From the NCBI GenBank assembly GCA_963514005.1, contig OY740814.1:11656001-11720000 (forward strand): DNA of 64,000 bases. The letters run 5' to 3'. Origin of the DNA: Raja brachyura (lineage: Eukaryota). The notes beneath the pieces are model-generated. The model made no database searches and had not been told where the DNA came from. It saw only the letters and a program-made list of their open reading frames with translations. The translations under genes were made by a program, and so were the position numbers. Positions 12,036 to 23,996 of the stretch are shown here, in pieces (the stretch's first letter is position 1; each line of letters begins with the position of its first letter).

Positions 12036-14228
12036 TCAATAAAAGATTGTGACATATTTTAATGATAATCTTAAGTAAATAATAAGAATGTAAATAATTT
12101 AAATCGAAAAAATACATGAGATGACTTTCAACCATCAATGAGATTTGCTGTTTCCCCCCCATATCAATGGAAATTGCAGAATCCTACAACAAAACAACCC
12201 AATCTGTGAAGTCCAAGCATTATCTGCCCAGATATCAACAAGAAGAGAATGGTTTCCTTGGTTATTATTGTCACATGTACCCAGGTACAGTGAAAAGGGC
12301 TATCCAATCAAATCGGATAACACTATACATAAATACAATCAAGACAAACTCAAGGAAGTTTTAAAATCTATCACCAGTTACAGAATTGTTATCCCTTATG
12401 CAGATCACTCATATACTTGAGGCACAGCAACATTATTTCAAATCACAAGGAAGCAATTCTTAAATGTATCCCTCTATATAAAACTCAGTGGAGCAGGATT
12501 ATAGTTGAATGATCTGCTGAAAATCAGAAGTCAATCTCCTTGTCATTTTCTGTCAGCGATCAAGCCAGCTCAGCTGACCCCAAGCAATATTTTTTTCCCC
12601 CATACACTACCTTGACTAAAACAGAAAGGTCATTTTTTGGTGATATATCTGCAGGACACCAATATTTAAACCTAGCTTCTTTGTGGAAGTATTTTAAACA
12701 ACTGCCATAAAGAATTACAGCTAATAATCTGAAATACAAATATTTATTTCTGTGACTAGAACAAACCTTAAGATTTCAAATTACCATTGCATAGACTTTA
12801 CCTTGGTTTTCTTTCAACTAATACACTCAGTTTAATCAGCAAACACAGAGCTATGTTCACATCTCCCTTTAAGTGCTTTGCAGTCAATTATAACACCAAA
12901 CTATAATAAATAAAATGTAAATTGCTATCTATTTTTAGTTAATGCAAATTTTCTTTGCCTAGGGAATAATGATTGGAAGCTCTGCATTTGTTCTGTTTAT
13001 CAAGTAGCTATTCAGCCTCCAGTGGGCCAAGTGCTTATGCAAGCATGCCGTTTAAGAGAGTCTGCAGCTGTACGCACGGCTTCCAGGTAGGCTGCAGGTT
13101 TTATGAACAGCTGCCCATGGCTACACTAACTACTGCAGTCCCATCTGGAATGAAGGTCATGGATATTTCCAGGTTCAAGATTTGCAGTTTAAGAAAGCAC
13201 TTGCAAAATACCTTGCAAAAAAAAAAAAATCAGGCGATGCAGAATCAAAATGTCTTCATCTATTCTGTTTGTTAAACGTCGCGCAACCAGTCCATTCAGC
13301 ATATATCAAGATATGACTCATCCAAGTGCACCTGCGTCCATGTGTTAACTGAAGTGCTGACAAATAAAAACCATATCAGCATTTGCACAACAAAGAGATG
13401 ATTCCGGCAAGACAGCATCATTTTCTCTCTTGCTCTCTCAGTATTTGGAATAACCAAGCTTTTCTTGGCACCATGGGATTTTACTTCACGCAGGATTATA
13501 AACAGTCATTTACAATTTTGTTGTTTTAAAGAATAAAGCGCATCTAATGCTACAGAAAATCCTGAAAGCATTAGATTATCAGAGGTATTAATGATTTTTT
13601 ACCAAAACCTACCAACCTTTATTCATCAAAGCATTTTATTCTCAAAGGATAAATTTCAGTGCAAAGAGGAATCAACAAAAGCGTTGCTTGAAAGCCTTTC
13701 TGATGTAAGCCTGAAGTTAGGAAAGGCTTAATGAAGCTTTAAAATCCACCAGGGCTTCACAATGAACATCTGACTTGGTGATTTATGCATATTAATAACC
13801 TCAGCCTACTCAGGCAATCTGAGTTGTACATGTCCTCGGAATCTTAATGTCTTCAGCTCCATTGGGATTATTACAAATGTAAATTTCTAAGATTCAGAGC
13901 TATTAATCTCTGTCTGTCCTCCTGTTCAGCAACATAATGACTAATTAAACATCAAAAGACCTGTATAGACAATCTTCTTTGACAGCTTCTGTCCTGGTTT
14001 CTCTCCCACGAGGGATTCAAATGACTGGGACAAGGGGTTAGATTGTACAAATAAGCCACATATCATCGTTACTAAATCCAGCAACTAGACATTTGCCATC
14101 AATAAGCATTGCAAGTTATTTCATTACTACCTTTTGTTGTCATGATCACAACATAAAATTGACAAAAAAACTCTTCATTAAAAATACAACGACAATCACA
14201 AGGGTGCATTACGAAAAACTATACTCAC

Positions 14229-14281
14229 AGATGAAGGCAAACCAGGAGGCACCTTTCTTACTTTTTGTGCTTGTGAAGGAT
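14229..14281 (-). CDS. TCF12: TCF12 coding exon (equivalent to human exon 8), (D)PSQAQKVRKVPPGLPSS
   Basis: 53 bp, acceptor tttctttccgcacag, donor TCT|gtgagt, phase 1 to 0. Matches the conserved E-protein motif KKVRKVPPGLPSS. Confidence 0.97.
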
Positions 14282-14764
14282 CTGTGCGGAAAGAAATAAT
14301 ATGCAATAATGAAAATACAAGAAGCCCTGTTTAGTGAAAATTATGTAATTTCATTCAAATTTAGTATTTGCAGCAGTTTGATTTTATACAAATCAATGTT
14401 GCTGGCAATAAGTTGTATATCGCACCTTCGAAAGATTTTCTTTAAAAAGAGGTATGGGCATAACAGGGATAAAGTTATAGAATGACCAAAATAGATTCTA
14501 ATAGTTTTCAGGACAAACAATTGTGAAAATCGCTAATGATATCATGGTGTTAAGATGGATGCAAAGCACTGCAACGAAAAGCAACTGAAAGTTTTTGGGA
14601 AAGTTTGCAGCAGTTCAGAAATGGAGCTAACATAATTTATGAGTCTGTGGCTTCGTCTGTAGGTCGATGAAAGCACATCCTCGCCTCCTTTCCCTAAATC
14701 CCCATAGTCAGAGTGGATATCACTGCCTCATGGGTCTGTGTCCCGATGGGCTAGTTGTGGGGGA

Positions 14765-14820
14765 AAAAAGGGAGAAACTCAACTGACTGGATAAAAAGGG
14801 AGAAACTCAACTGACTGGAT
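14765..14820 (+). repeat. 28-bp perfect tandem duplication
   Basis: aaaaagggagaaactcaactgactggat x2. Confidence 0.9.
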
Positions 14821-14885
14821 AAAAAAGGAGAGAAAAAGACCACAGGGGTCAAAGCAGGTCACTGGTTCTGAAAGATAAATTATAC

Positions 14886-15195
14886 TGGGCAGTGCAGTGA
14901 TACAACAAGTGGAACCACTGCCTCACAGTGCCAAAGACTCGGGTTCAATCCTATCCTCGTGTGCTTTCTCTGTGGCGTCTGTGTATTCTCTCAGTGGCTA
15001 TTTTCTCTGATTTCCTCCCACATCCTAAAGGCATGGGAGTTGACAGTTAACTGCCGACTGTAAAGTGCCCCAATGTGTAGGCATGTGGTAGAAATTGGTG
15101 GAAGTTGATGAGATTGTAGGAAAAATGAAAATGAGAAATAATTTAAATGGCTTATGGTCAGCACAAACTCAGTTGGCTGTACCTCTCTGTGTGAA
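14886..15195 (+). mobile_element. HE1-like tRNA-derived SINE (diverged)
   Basis: B-box gggttcaatcc at 14941; body gatttcctcccacatcctaaag shared with other copies. Confidence 0.75.
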
Positions 15196-16959
15196 AGTAG
15201 AATTAGAACCTTGTAAGGAAACAGCACTCTTGCAATGTTTTCGATACAAATAATGCAAGAGTCAAGAACAACTTTAAAGTGAAAGTCAATACTAGTTGCA
15301 AACGTGGGAATTGGCTTCAACCAAAAGACAGGCAGGCACATAGTTCAGGGTATTTCAGGGTGCCCATATAAGGAAGGAGATTGCAATGATCTGGAGCAGG
15401 TGAAGAGTCACTGAGATTTGGATGTTGAAAATCAAGTATGATAGTTGACGAAGATGAGGGATATATCATTAAATTATAGCAAGAGGGAATGTCAACTCAG
15501 AACTCGATGAGGTTGCCAGATACCAAAGCCAAGGCAAAAAAATACCAGTGTCTGTGAGCCTGGCCCAAGCAGTGGCCCAAGCGAAAAGAAAAAAATGCTG
15601 CAGGGTGCATAAGGAGGAACCTAAATGAAAGAAGATTCACTCACATCGTCCCAGCTTTGATTCTGGGTCTCAACCACAATGATGATATCTGATAAAGTTC
15701 AGTCATAGTTCCACATGACTGAACTACAGTGGGCAGGAGTGAGGATAGGCACATGCAATATTTTTATAAAATTGGCCAACATGTAGGGAAACATCACATT
15801 GCATTTGCAGGCATTGTGAAGGCAATTAGATACTAGAGCAGTTTGATTCAAGACAATTTCACCCCTCAAAAATGTGTAGTTTTAAAGACGTCCCTCACCC
15901 TTTCCAATTCCTAATTCTTTGACAAAGACAAAGAAGACATTTGACAGAATTCAAGTAAATAGTTTGGGATGAAGTTTCAAGAGGACAAGGAACTCTGTTT
16001 CCATGACCACCTAAAGAAATTGATTACTTTCTTCAGGAATTTATTCCAAAGCATCTTAGAAGCTTTGTCTTGGCTGTCTGACATGACACATATTAGGAGA
16101 AAATATTCAACAAAATTCATCAGCTTCAATCAATTACTTTTCTATTGCAAGTTAACGGCATTTATGCATTTAGTTCAATAGCAAAATAAATATTAAAATT
16201 AGAATATAGGTGTTCAGAATCAATATCAACACTTTCTGATCCAATTATGAATTGCAACAACCCAGCTTCATCTGGAGGTAACGATTAGCCTTATTCCTCT
16301 TTCCCCATGGCCAACACCAGGTTTGATATATATTTAAATCCCAAAACCAATTATGATTATTTAGCATTTACTTTCCGTAACTGTTTGCCAAATTGAACCC
16401 ATCCTATCAACTGCCAAGCCATGAGACATGCTCATCTACTAATTTGTCTTGTTTGAACATTCTCCAAGATGGTGGCTGAGTTTTCTGCTTATAACAGATG
16501 CTCAGTCTGCAACCCAAGAGTACCTCCAAGCTTTCAAGGTGAACGTGACAGATGAAGTAAGATGCTACAGAGATATTTTGATTTGTTTTGTGGAGCCGAC
16601 ATATCCAACCGCATCGCTCCTCTCACGAATACACTCAGCAAACTGTTCCCTTTGACCTTTTTATACTCGGCTCTCCCTTCACTTTTCTTGTTATCTATAC
16701 TAAGGGTTTGAACTGAGATGTGATTTTCCTATATTGTCCTCAACAGTACCCATTCCAATCCCAGCTGAGCTCAGAAAATCATCATGACAATTGGAGAATA
16801 ATTGTGGGGGGGAGGGGATTGGAAATGTTGGGACTTTTCACATTGTAATGTGACTGAAAAGAGGAAATATGTATCACAATGGCAAAGAAATAGAAAAGGC
16901 TCAGGAGTTGCACCTTTTCTGATACATCCATAAACTGAGTCAGATATACATATGCATTT

Positions 16960-17702
16960 TAAGATGGCGGCGCTTCGCGGCAGCGGCCTCTGTCTGTCTG
17001 TCTTTTAAAAAATGTTGTCCTGTTGAGTGTATATTTTTGTTATAGTTTATATATTGTTTTTAGCTGTGTATATGTGGGGGGGGCGGGGGAAACGTTTAAA
17101 TATCTTCCCTGTTCGGGGGACCTGACCTTTTCCCTGTCGGGTCTCCGTTGTTGTTGGGGCCTTGCACCGTGGAGCGGCCTCCAACCGGAACGACCTGGGG
17201 GCTCCAGTCGCGGAGCCTGCGGACTCACCATCGTGGAGCTGGCTGGCTTCGGAGCGTGGAGAGCTGTGATGGCGCGCGGCTGCGACCCGACTTCGGAGGC
17301 TCCAGCCGCAGGCCCGGTGGACTGTGACATCGGGTGCTCGCGGGTGCTCGCGGGTCCCTGCTTTTCAGTGGGAGACCGCTCTTCGGAGCTCCCGCAAAAG
17401 CAACTTCTCCCGCAGGGTTGAAAATGACTCGGTACGGGGCCTTACATCGCCCGGTGCGGCTTTAACGGCCGTGGGACTTGCCATTGCCCACCGAGGGCTT
17501 TAACATTGGGAGAAGAATGGAAAACAGGGGAGAGACAATGACTTTGCCTTCCATCACAGTGAGGAGGAGATTCACTGTGATAGATGTTTGTGTAAATTGT
17601 GTTAATAAGTTTTTTTTCTTCTTGTTGTATGACTGCAGAAACCAAATTTCGTTTGAACTTCATTTGAGGTTCAAATGACAATAAACGGTATTGTATTGTA
17701 TT
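16960..17702 (+). mobile_element. GC-rich non-autonomous retroposon family, near full-length copy B
   Basis: Starts aagatggcggcg, has a CpG-rich body and a 3' hairpin (catcacagtga...tcactgtgat), and ends aaatgacaataaa followed by a (gtatt)n tail. Confidence 0.82.
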
Positions 17703-18225
17703 TGCTGTATGTTTGATGACAGCCCTCCATACAACTAGAAAGCCAACATCTGACCGTGACGACATAGCTAGATTCCTGGACTGCAATCCAAATGTTATCC
17801 AGGGACCCTTACAGTGTGATACAAGATAAGCATTTCTCCAATTAATATCCAAATTAAAAAAATCCCTGCCATTTGATCAAATTAGCAATGTTTTAAAGAA
17901 AGAAGCCAGAACACTTTCCAGATGACTGTAAACCAACGTGTATAAAAGCAAAATAATTTTTTTAATCAAATAAATAAGAAAGCTGGGAAGGTGCGAGTCG
18001 AGCTTACAATTATTAAAGCCAGAAACAGGGAAAAACTGCCTTTTGATAACCTCAATAAGAGAAAATCCATGGAGATTGGATTCAATCATTAATGTTCCAA
18101 TGATTAGAACAGATTAACTGTGTTATTCCATATATCCACTCTGTATCTGTTTCTAGTTTATACTACGGGTTCTTCAAACTTTCTAAGATACTAAATGGGC
18201 TCACAGACTGACTGTAAACACAAAC

Positions 18226-18361
18226 CAAGAGCTGGTGTGTCATGAAGAGGTCTTCTGCGTGGATTTGTAGCAGTAAAAGGATAGTACACTGTTCCAGGTT
18301 TTCCTGAAGATGGTAAAGGCGCAGGGCTGGCTATTCCCACGTCTGATCGAAGATTACTGGA
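18226..18361 (-). CDS. TCF12: TCF12 coding exon (equivalent to human exon 7), [45 protein letters not shown](D)
   Basis: 136 bp, acceptor gttttgcag, donor G|gtttgt, phase 0 to 1. Homologous to human [45 protein letters not shown]. Confidence 0.97.
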
Positions 18362-20241
18362 CTGCAAAACAATGCAACAATAGTCACTTAATTCCACTCT
18401 GCTGCAAAGTTCAATATTGTCCATTCAACTCAAAACAACATTTGATCTTTAATCTGATTTATCTCAACACTTTCTCATAAACAAACTGAAAAATGAGAAC
18501 AGTTTTGAATGCATAAATTTTGGCTTCAGCTTTAAGTGTCGAAACAACTTTACACACGACCAGAAACGATTTATTGATAATACTAGTTTTCAATTTTCAC
18601 CTATTTAATAAATTGACATTAATATTAAAATTTAGCAGGCAGCAAGCAGCTTTTTTCCAATCTAAAGATGTGTGATGCAACAGTTAACAAAGGTCAATAA
18701 ATACGAGGAAGCCTGTTACATTACCAAGACCAGCTGCAGATTCTATTTACACGAGAACACGAATCAGACCTCAAGTGACAATGCATTTATTAAGATTATA
18801 CATTTAACGAGAAATTTGGACTCAACACTCCAGATTTACCTTCTGTAAAATGCTGTACATTCTTAATATTAAATACCAGGCTTTCATTTCTCATTATTTG
18901 TAAATTGACATCGATAACTTATGTTACTTTGCTTTCAAGATGTAATTTTCCACAGATAGCACCTATTAGTAACCTCGCTTTACCCTGAACATGACAGAGA
19001 ATTTGTTTTAAATATTATACTGATTTAGAGATTATATATTGAGTTATTACAATTTCATGGAAACAATACAATCCATCCAAGAGATACTGTTATATCTTTG
19101 CAAAAGTATGCTTCACATTAACTTATTCACCGACACCATGATCCATAAAAAGAACATTTGTGTTTGAATAGAACATACTCACAACAAGGCACAACATTTC
19201 ACTTTTTCAGATCATTTCCTTACTGTTTTCAACCTACTGATTACTGTTTGGAATAATCAATAGTTGAATCTTTGGCTTTGTACGATCAATAAATATTGAT
19301 TGCAACTCCTTTGGGAGGTTTAAGCATTCAGAAAGATAATCTGCTTGATGAAAAATGAGGTAGTATTTGAAACTGTCACAAATCTGCCATCTGCCCCAAA
19401 CCTGTGAAACCAGGGTCACAATTTAATATACATTTCACTCTAGAAATCAGTCCACTTCATTTCCTTCAACATCCCAGAGTCAATATTCAATGATTTCTAC
19501 ACAGTAATTTAAATACTTGTAATGGTGAGTTTTAATGCGTGATTCACAAAAACACAGACATACATCCAATAATTAGCATCCCTAAAATAAATAATATATA
19601 ATGAAACTAAAGTATACAAGCAGTTTTGGTCAAAATTAACATGAAAGAAAATATCTACTTGAAAGATATCAGGCCATGTTAGAAAACCAGTGTCATACCA
19701 ATCATACCAATAAGTTATTTTAATAAATGAAGTCTTAGAAATGTGATCAACAAAAACAGAAACTGATTATAATCCTCTCCAATGTTTTGTCCTACGCAAG
19801 ATTCTATTAAATCCTTCTTACTAACTTGCAATGTTTCAAATCTTGTCTATTGTGCTCCGTGTTAATTGCTTTATGGAACTCGGCTCAAGGCTTAAACGAA
19901 TGCAAAGAAAAATTGACAAATGTCTGATTCTACATTATTGGCAACAAAAAAACCTTTTAACTGAATGACAAAAACATCTGCAAAATCACAACGCTTCAAG
20001 GCAATCTCTGGAAATTTTAATTATCATCTTTGACGCTAAAAGGTCTTGCAGACATGGAGATAATGACGGTCATCCATCAACTGCATCCTGCCCGAGTAAT
20101 CAGGCTAATCTAGCTCACTGGAGAAACAGACAGCAACCTAGGGTACCGAGTAATAAAACATTGCAGTACAATAAACAGATGCAAAGTAAATGTTGTCGGG
20201 GTAAACATTGCTCTTGATTTACACCAGTCCATGGAAACAGT

Positions 20242-20295
20242 GGGGTGGAAGATTGCAACCTTCACGTGGACCGCCCTGTTTCGACTAATGCAATC
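20242..20295 (+). ncRNA. Predicted minimal HDV-like (double-pseudoknot) self-cleaving ribozyme
   Basis: P1 GGGGUGG/CCGCCCU with G1-U wobble, P2 GAUUGCA/UGCAAUC, P3 ACC/GGA (one mismatch), L3 UUCACGU, P1.1 C-G, J4/2 CUAA with candidate catalytic C20285. P4 is reduced to a UUUCGA linker. Confidence 0.8.
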
Positions 20296-20385
20296 AACTC
20301 GACGTGCATAAACGGAAGATCAAATAGAACAAGTTGTCCAACAACTTTAGGCTGTGCACGCCACACGAAAGAAGAAGAAGAAGAA
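20242..20385 (+). mobile_element. Short non-autonomous retroposon with (GAA)n tail and 5' HDV-like ribozyme
   Basis: Flanked by direct repeat gaaacagtg (20234-20242 and 20386-20394), with (GAA)n tail ~20367-20388. No tRNA A/B boxes. Confidence 0.85.
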
Positions 20386-20974
20386 GAAACAGTGAGCCCG
20401 ATCAAGTCCAATGCAAGTCAAGTTGCCCATCCAGTCTACAACACAAATCGCATCCCCAACTACTGCATCTGCACATCCCACAAGCAACCTTCCACTCTGC
20501 CCCTAAACTTACTAACTATTAACTTTCATCAAGGACATGTTGTTTTTCTTAATTTCGCTGTATAGGTGTTTTAGTAAATTGTACATTTTTTTTAAATGAT
20601 AATTCATAAATCCAATTAAACTTTTTAAACAACTTTGAATATCCAAGGCTTTAGAATCTGCAGTAATGCCTTTGACAGCAGTTGGCAGTCATAAATCGTC
20701 AGTATTGATCAGGTGAACCAGTGGAATTCACCACCAGAAGCCTGGTGGCCACTGCAGCCCACACTCTCATGCACAGGACTGTGGAATGGAGTGCTCCAAC
20801 TACAGCTCGTCACAAAATGGCTGCAGGATTAGCAGGACCAGGTCTACACAGTAGTCTGGACTCAAAATGACTCCTCCAGCCATTGAAAAGCAGCAAAAGA
20901 AAAATCAAGTATGGAATCTGGTTTCACATTTATTGTACTTAAACAACTCGACCATTATTCGCAGAGCTAGTTAT

Positions 20975-21320
20975 ACAGCACCAAAGCAGACCATTCAGCC
21001 CACGTCCATGCCAACCTTTTTGCCCATCTACACTTGCCCATTTGCCCACATTAAATGTATATCCTTTTATGTCTTACCTATTCAAGCTCCTGTCAAAACA
21101 TCACCTAAATGCTGAGGTTGTATGCAATTTCACCACCTTTCTATGGCTTGCCATTACAAAGTGCCCGTCTAAAATCGCTTAAATGCCGTGGTTGTACCAA
21201 GTTTCACCAGCTCCCCTGGCAGTGAGTTCCAGGTATAAATCACTCTGCAGGGGACAAAACATTCCTCTCGTTCAAACCCTCTATAAAATACCTTGCTCTT
21301 GCCTAAACTGATGCCATTCC
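20975..21320 (-). mobile_element. Degenerate CR1 3' UTR fragment with internal duplication
   Basis: Motifs accattcagccc..gtccatgcc and twice aaatgc..tggttgta..caa.tttcacca, similar to 7400-7600. Confidence 0.55.
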
Positions 21321-22652
21321 CTTTGTTAGGCTGTGCCATCACTAAACAAAGTGGGTTTTTTTTCTAAATTCAGTTAGGATGTGGGTGTCACAGGCTAGGC
21401 CGGTATTTATTTCCCATCCTGAATTGTCCTTAAGATCAATGCTGTCATCTTGAATCATATGGTGAAGATATTCCCATATGTTTGTTGGGAAAAAAATTAC
21501 AGAGACATTACAGGCGGTCATATCCTGCAGTAGCAATGTTAGATATCATTGATCAGCACATGCATGGACTACTTCATTAGCTTGTGTTCTCAATGAATGT
21601 CGACATTATTCAATCTTCAGAGAACATTCCTATATCTGACTTTAATGGAAGGTAAGTCATTAATTCACTAGCCTGAGAAGTCCCTCCAATTATGTTCCAA
21701 GATTAGAACAATCACTCTCCAACAAGGCATCAGCTTCATTTGGTGCAAAATACAATTCCACTCAATGGTGAATTTCTCCCCAATTGTCAAGAGTCAAAAG
21801 TCTTATTGCATATGCCCCGAATCAGAACAATTATTTTTTTACTCGCAACAGCGCAACATAGTACTCAGCAGATACCATAATAAACTTGAAAATTACCATC
21901 AGCTGATTTGGTTTCTCATCCGATATGTCACGTTACCTTCAAAAACGTGCTCAATTGCAAAATTTGCAATTCTATCTTTTTAGAAATACTCAGGATATAG
22001 AGTATCAAAGTCTACCTTACATACATCGAGAAAATGTAAATGACAGTCAAACTTAATGTTACTGCTCCAATAGCCCCATCCTGATCTGAGAAATGTCTTT
22101 GCAACTGGTGGAAGTAATGTGTGAAGGAAATTTCAGATTAATCATATAAAAGCCTTTTTACAACTTTCTGTATAATGAAACAAAATACACCAGTATTTGC
22201 TAGCCCTAACTGCCCAACCACCCCACCTCCCCACAACCCCGGGATCACCACCTACAGTCTCACCAAAATGTCTACTTTGCTGGCCCAAAGCAGCCTAGAC
22301 TACAATGGAATGGCCTGTGGTACACAGAAACACCATGGAAGTATTACTGCCAGTAACACATCACCCCAGCTTTGTCAGCTGTAAACCTGGAGGAATTTCT
22401 AAACTTCATTCAAATTCTCCCATAAATTCAAGAATTGTTCAAGTTGCAGAATTCTAAAAACCTCCAGGAGTCATGGGATAGGTGGGATGGGTGGAGCACC
22501 TAGTTAATTCAAAAGACAAGCAGTGTTCAAAAAAGATTCAATAAAACCTCCCTGCAGTAATCAAACTGACGCCATTGCCTAATAAAAACACATGCTGCCG
22601 ATTCACAATGGAGGCTATTTAAGAGATTTGTTTGAAAACAGACAAGGTAGTC

Positions 22653-22781
22653 TTTTTGGGTTACACAAAAAGCTGGAGAAACTCAGCGGGTGCAGCAGCA
22701 TCTAAGGAGCGAAGGAGATAGGCGACGTTTCAGGTCGAGACCCTTCTTCGATTCTCCAGCATCTGCAGTTCCTTCTTTAAC
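22653..22781. mobile_element. Penelope-pLTR-derived short element with inverted 5' segment
   Basis: TSD acaaggtagtc (22642-22652, 22782-22792). Segment 22658-22749 is the reverse complement of 30933-31024 with one mismatch, followed by a plus-oriented tail ccagcatctgcagttcctt. Confidence 0.88.
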
Positions 22782-23427
22782 ACAAGGTAGTCATTTTTAC
22801 TTGTAAAAGTGCTTTATTAAACAATGAGATAATTGAAATTCGCCAACGGATGTAGGATATTCAAATTCTATATCATTGTAATCACAGTGGGGAAGACATG
22901 AATAAATGTTTAGGTTTATCGAACCCCATTGAAATTTTTCGTTTCGGATTTATGGAAGAATCAGAAACTGAATCCTTTATGTAACTCGAGGACTACGTAT
23001 CTAAAAACCATTATAACCCCAAAATATTGCAAAACAAACTAAAAAATAACGAACTAAAAAGGAATTTGCCTTCCCTCTTGCCCCCAAATCAACTGTTCCA
23101 CAAAACTACTCTGCAAAATAACTGGTACAAGATCTGAAAAGCGATGCTTCAGAATAAATGTCTGGGTATCTTACCGACACTGGACTCCATGTCTAAATCC
23201 AATAACGCCAGGAATTCTGCATTTAACAAGCCATGAGCGAGGCTCCTAAATGACTGCAGCAAAACAATTAAATACTGATGGTTATCTGCAAATTGTCAGC
23301 TCCTGACAAGTAGGTTACCATGTAAACAGAGCTGAGAGATCAGCCAAAAGATGAAGCATTTGTAAACACTTCTCCATTTGATTTCTCAGATAGCACTACA
23401 TTAATTTACAAAAATCCAAGAGGGACA

Positions 23428-23568
23428 CAGGGAAATGCAGATGCTAGAATCATGCTTACAACACAAAGTGCTAGAATAACTCGGAGGTCTCAGCCCAAAA
23501 TGTCATATATTCATATCCTCCAGAGATGATGCCTGACCCGCTGAGTTACTCCACACTTCGTGTTCTAA
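23428..23568. mobile_element. Penelope-pLTR-derived short element (diverged, partly inverted)
   Basis: Minus part tgcagatgct...acacaaagtgctagaataactc, then plus part ctccagagatgatgcctgacccgctgagttactcca. Confidence 0.7.
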
Positions 23569-23845
23569 TTAAAACACAAAGTGCATCGGGCTTTAGTTTT
23601 ATGGCCGGAAGAGAAAAATAAACAGTTGCAGATATGTTATGTGAATGGCTGATGGCTCTAGCTGCAGTTAACAATATTTATTTTGCAGTAACTATATTCA
23701 TACAAATTTAAGTGACTACATTTTCACACATCTTTCAAACAATACTTTAATATGAATTCTGCAACACATATACAATAACATATGGTACATATTTGAGAAT
23801 GTAGCAAATAGATGCAGGTGCATTCAATTAAAAAATGCTGCACAT

Positions 23846-23996
23846 GACAGAAAATGCAGGAGTAACTCAGCGGGACAGGTAGCATCTCTGGAGAGAAAGA
23901 ATGGGTGACATTTCGACCCAAAAAGGCACCCATTCCTTCTCTCCAGAGATGCTGCTTGTCCAGCTGAGTTACTCCTGCATTTTGTGTCTATCTTCG
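23846..23996. mobile_element. Penelope-pLTR-derived element forming a 62-bp-arm inverted repeat
   Basis: Arms 23846-23907 and 23927-23988 are reverse complements with 5 mismatches. Confidence 0.85.

Noticed and set aside
16960-17000. HDV-like ribozyme at the 5' end of the GC-rich retroposon family
   Set aside because: Could not assemble consistent P1/P2/P3 pairings in any of the three 5' ends.
18191-18424. 77-aa ORF as a standalone gene
   Set aside because: It is TCF12 exon 7 plus read-through into the flanking introns.
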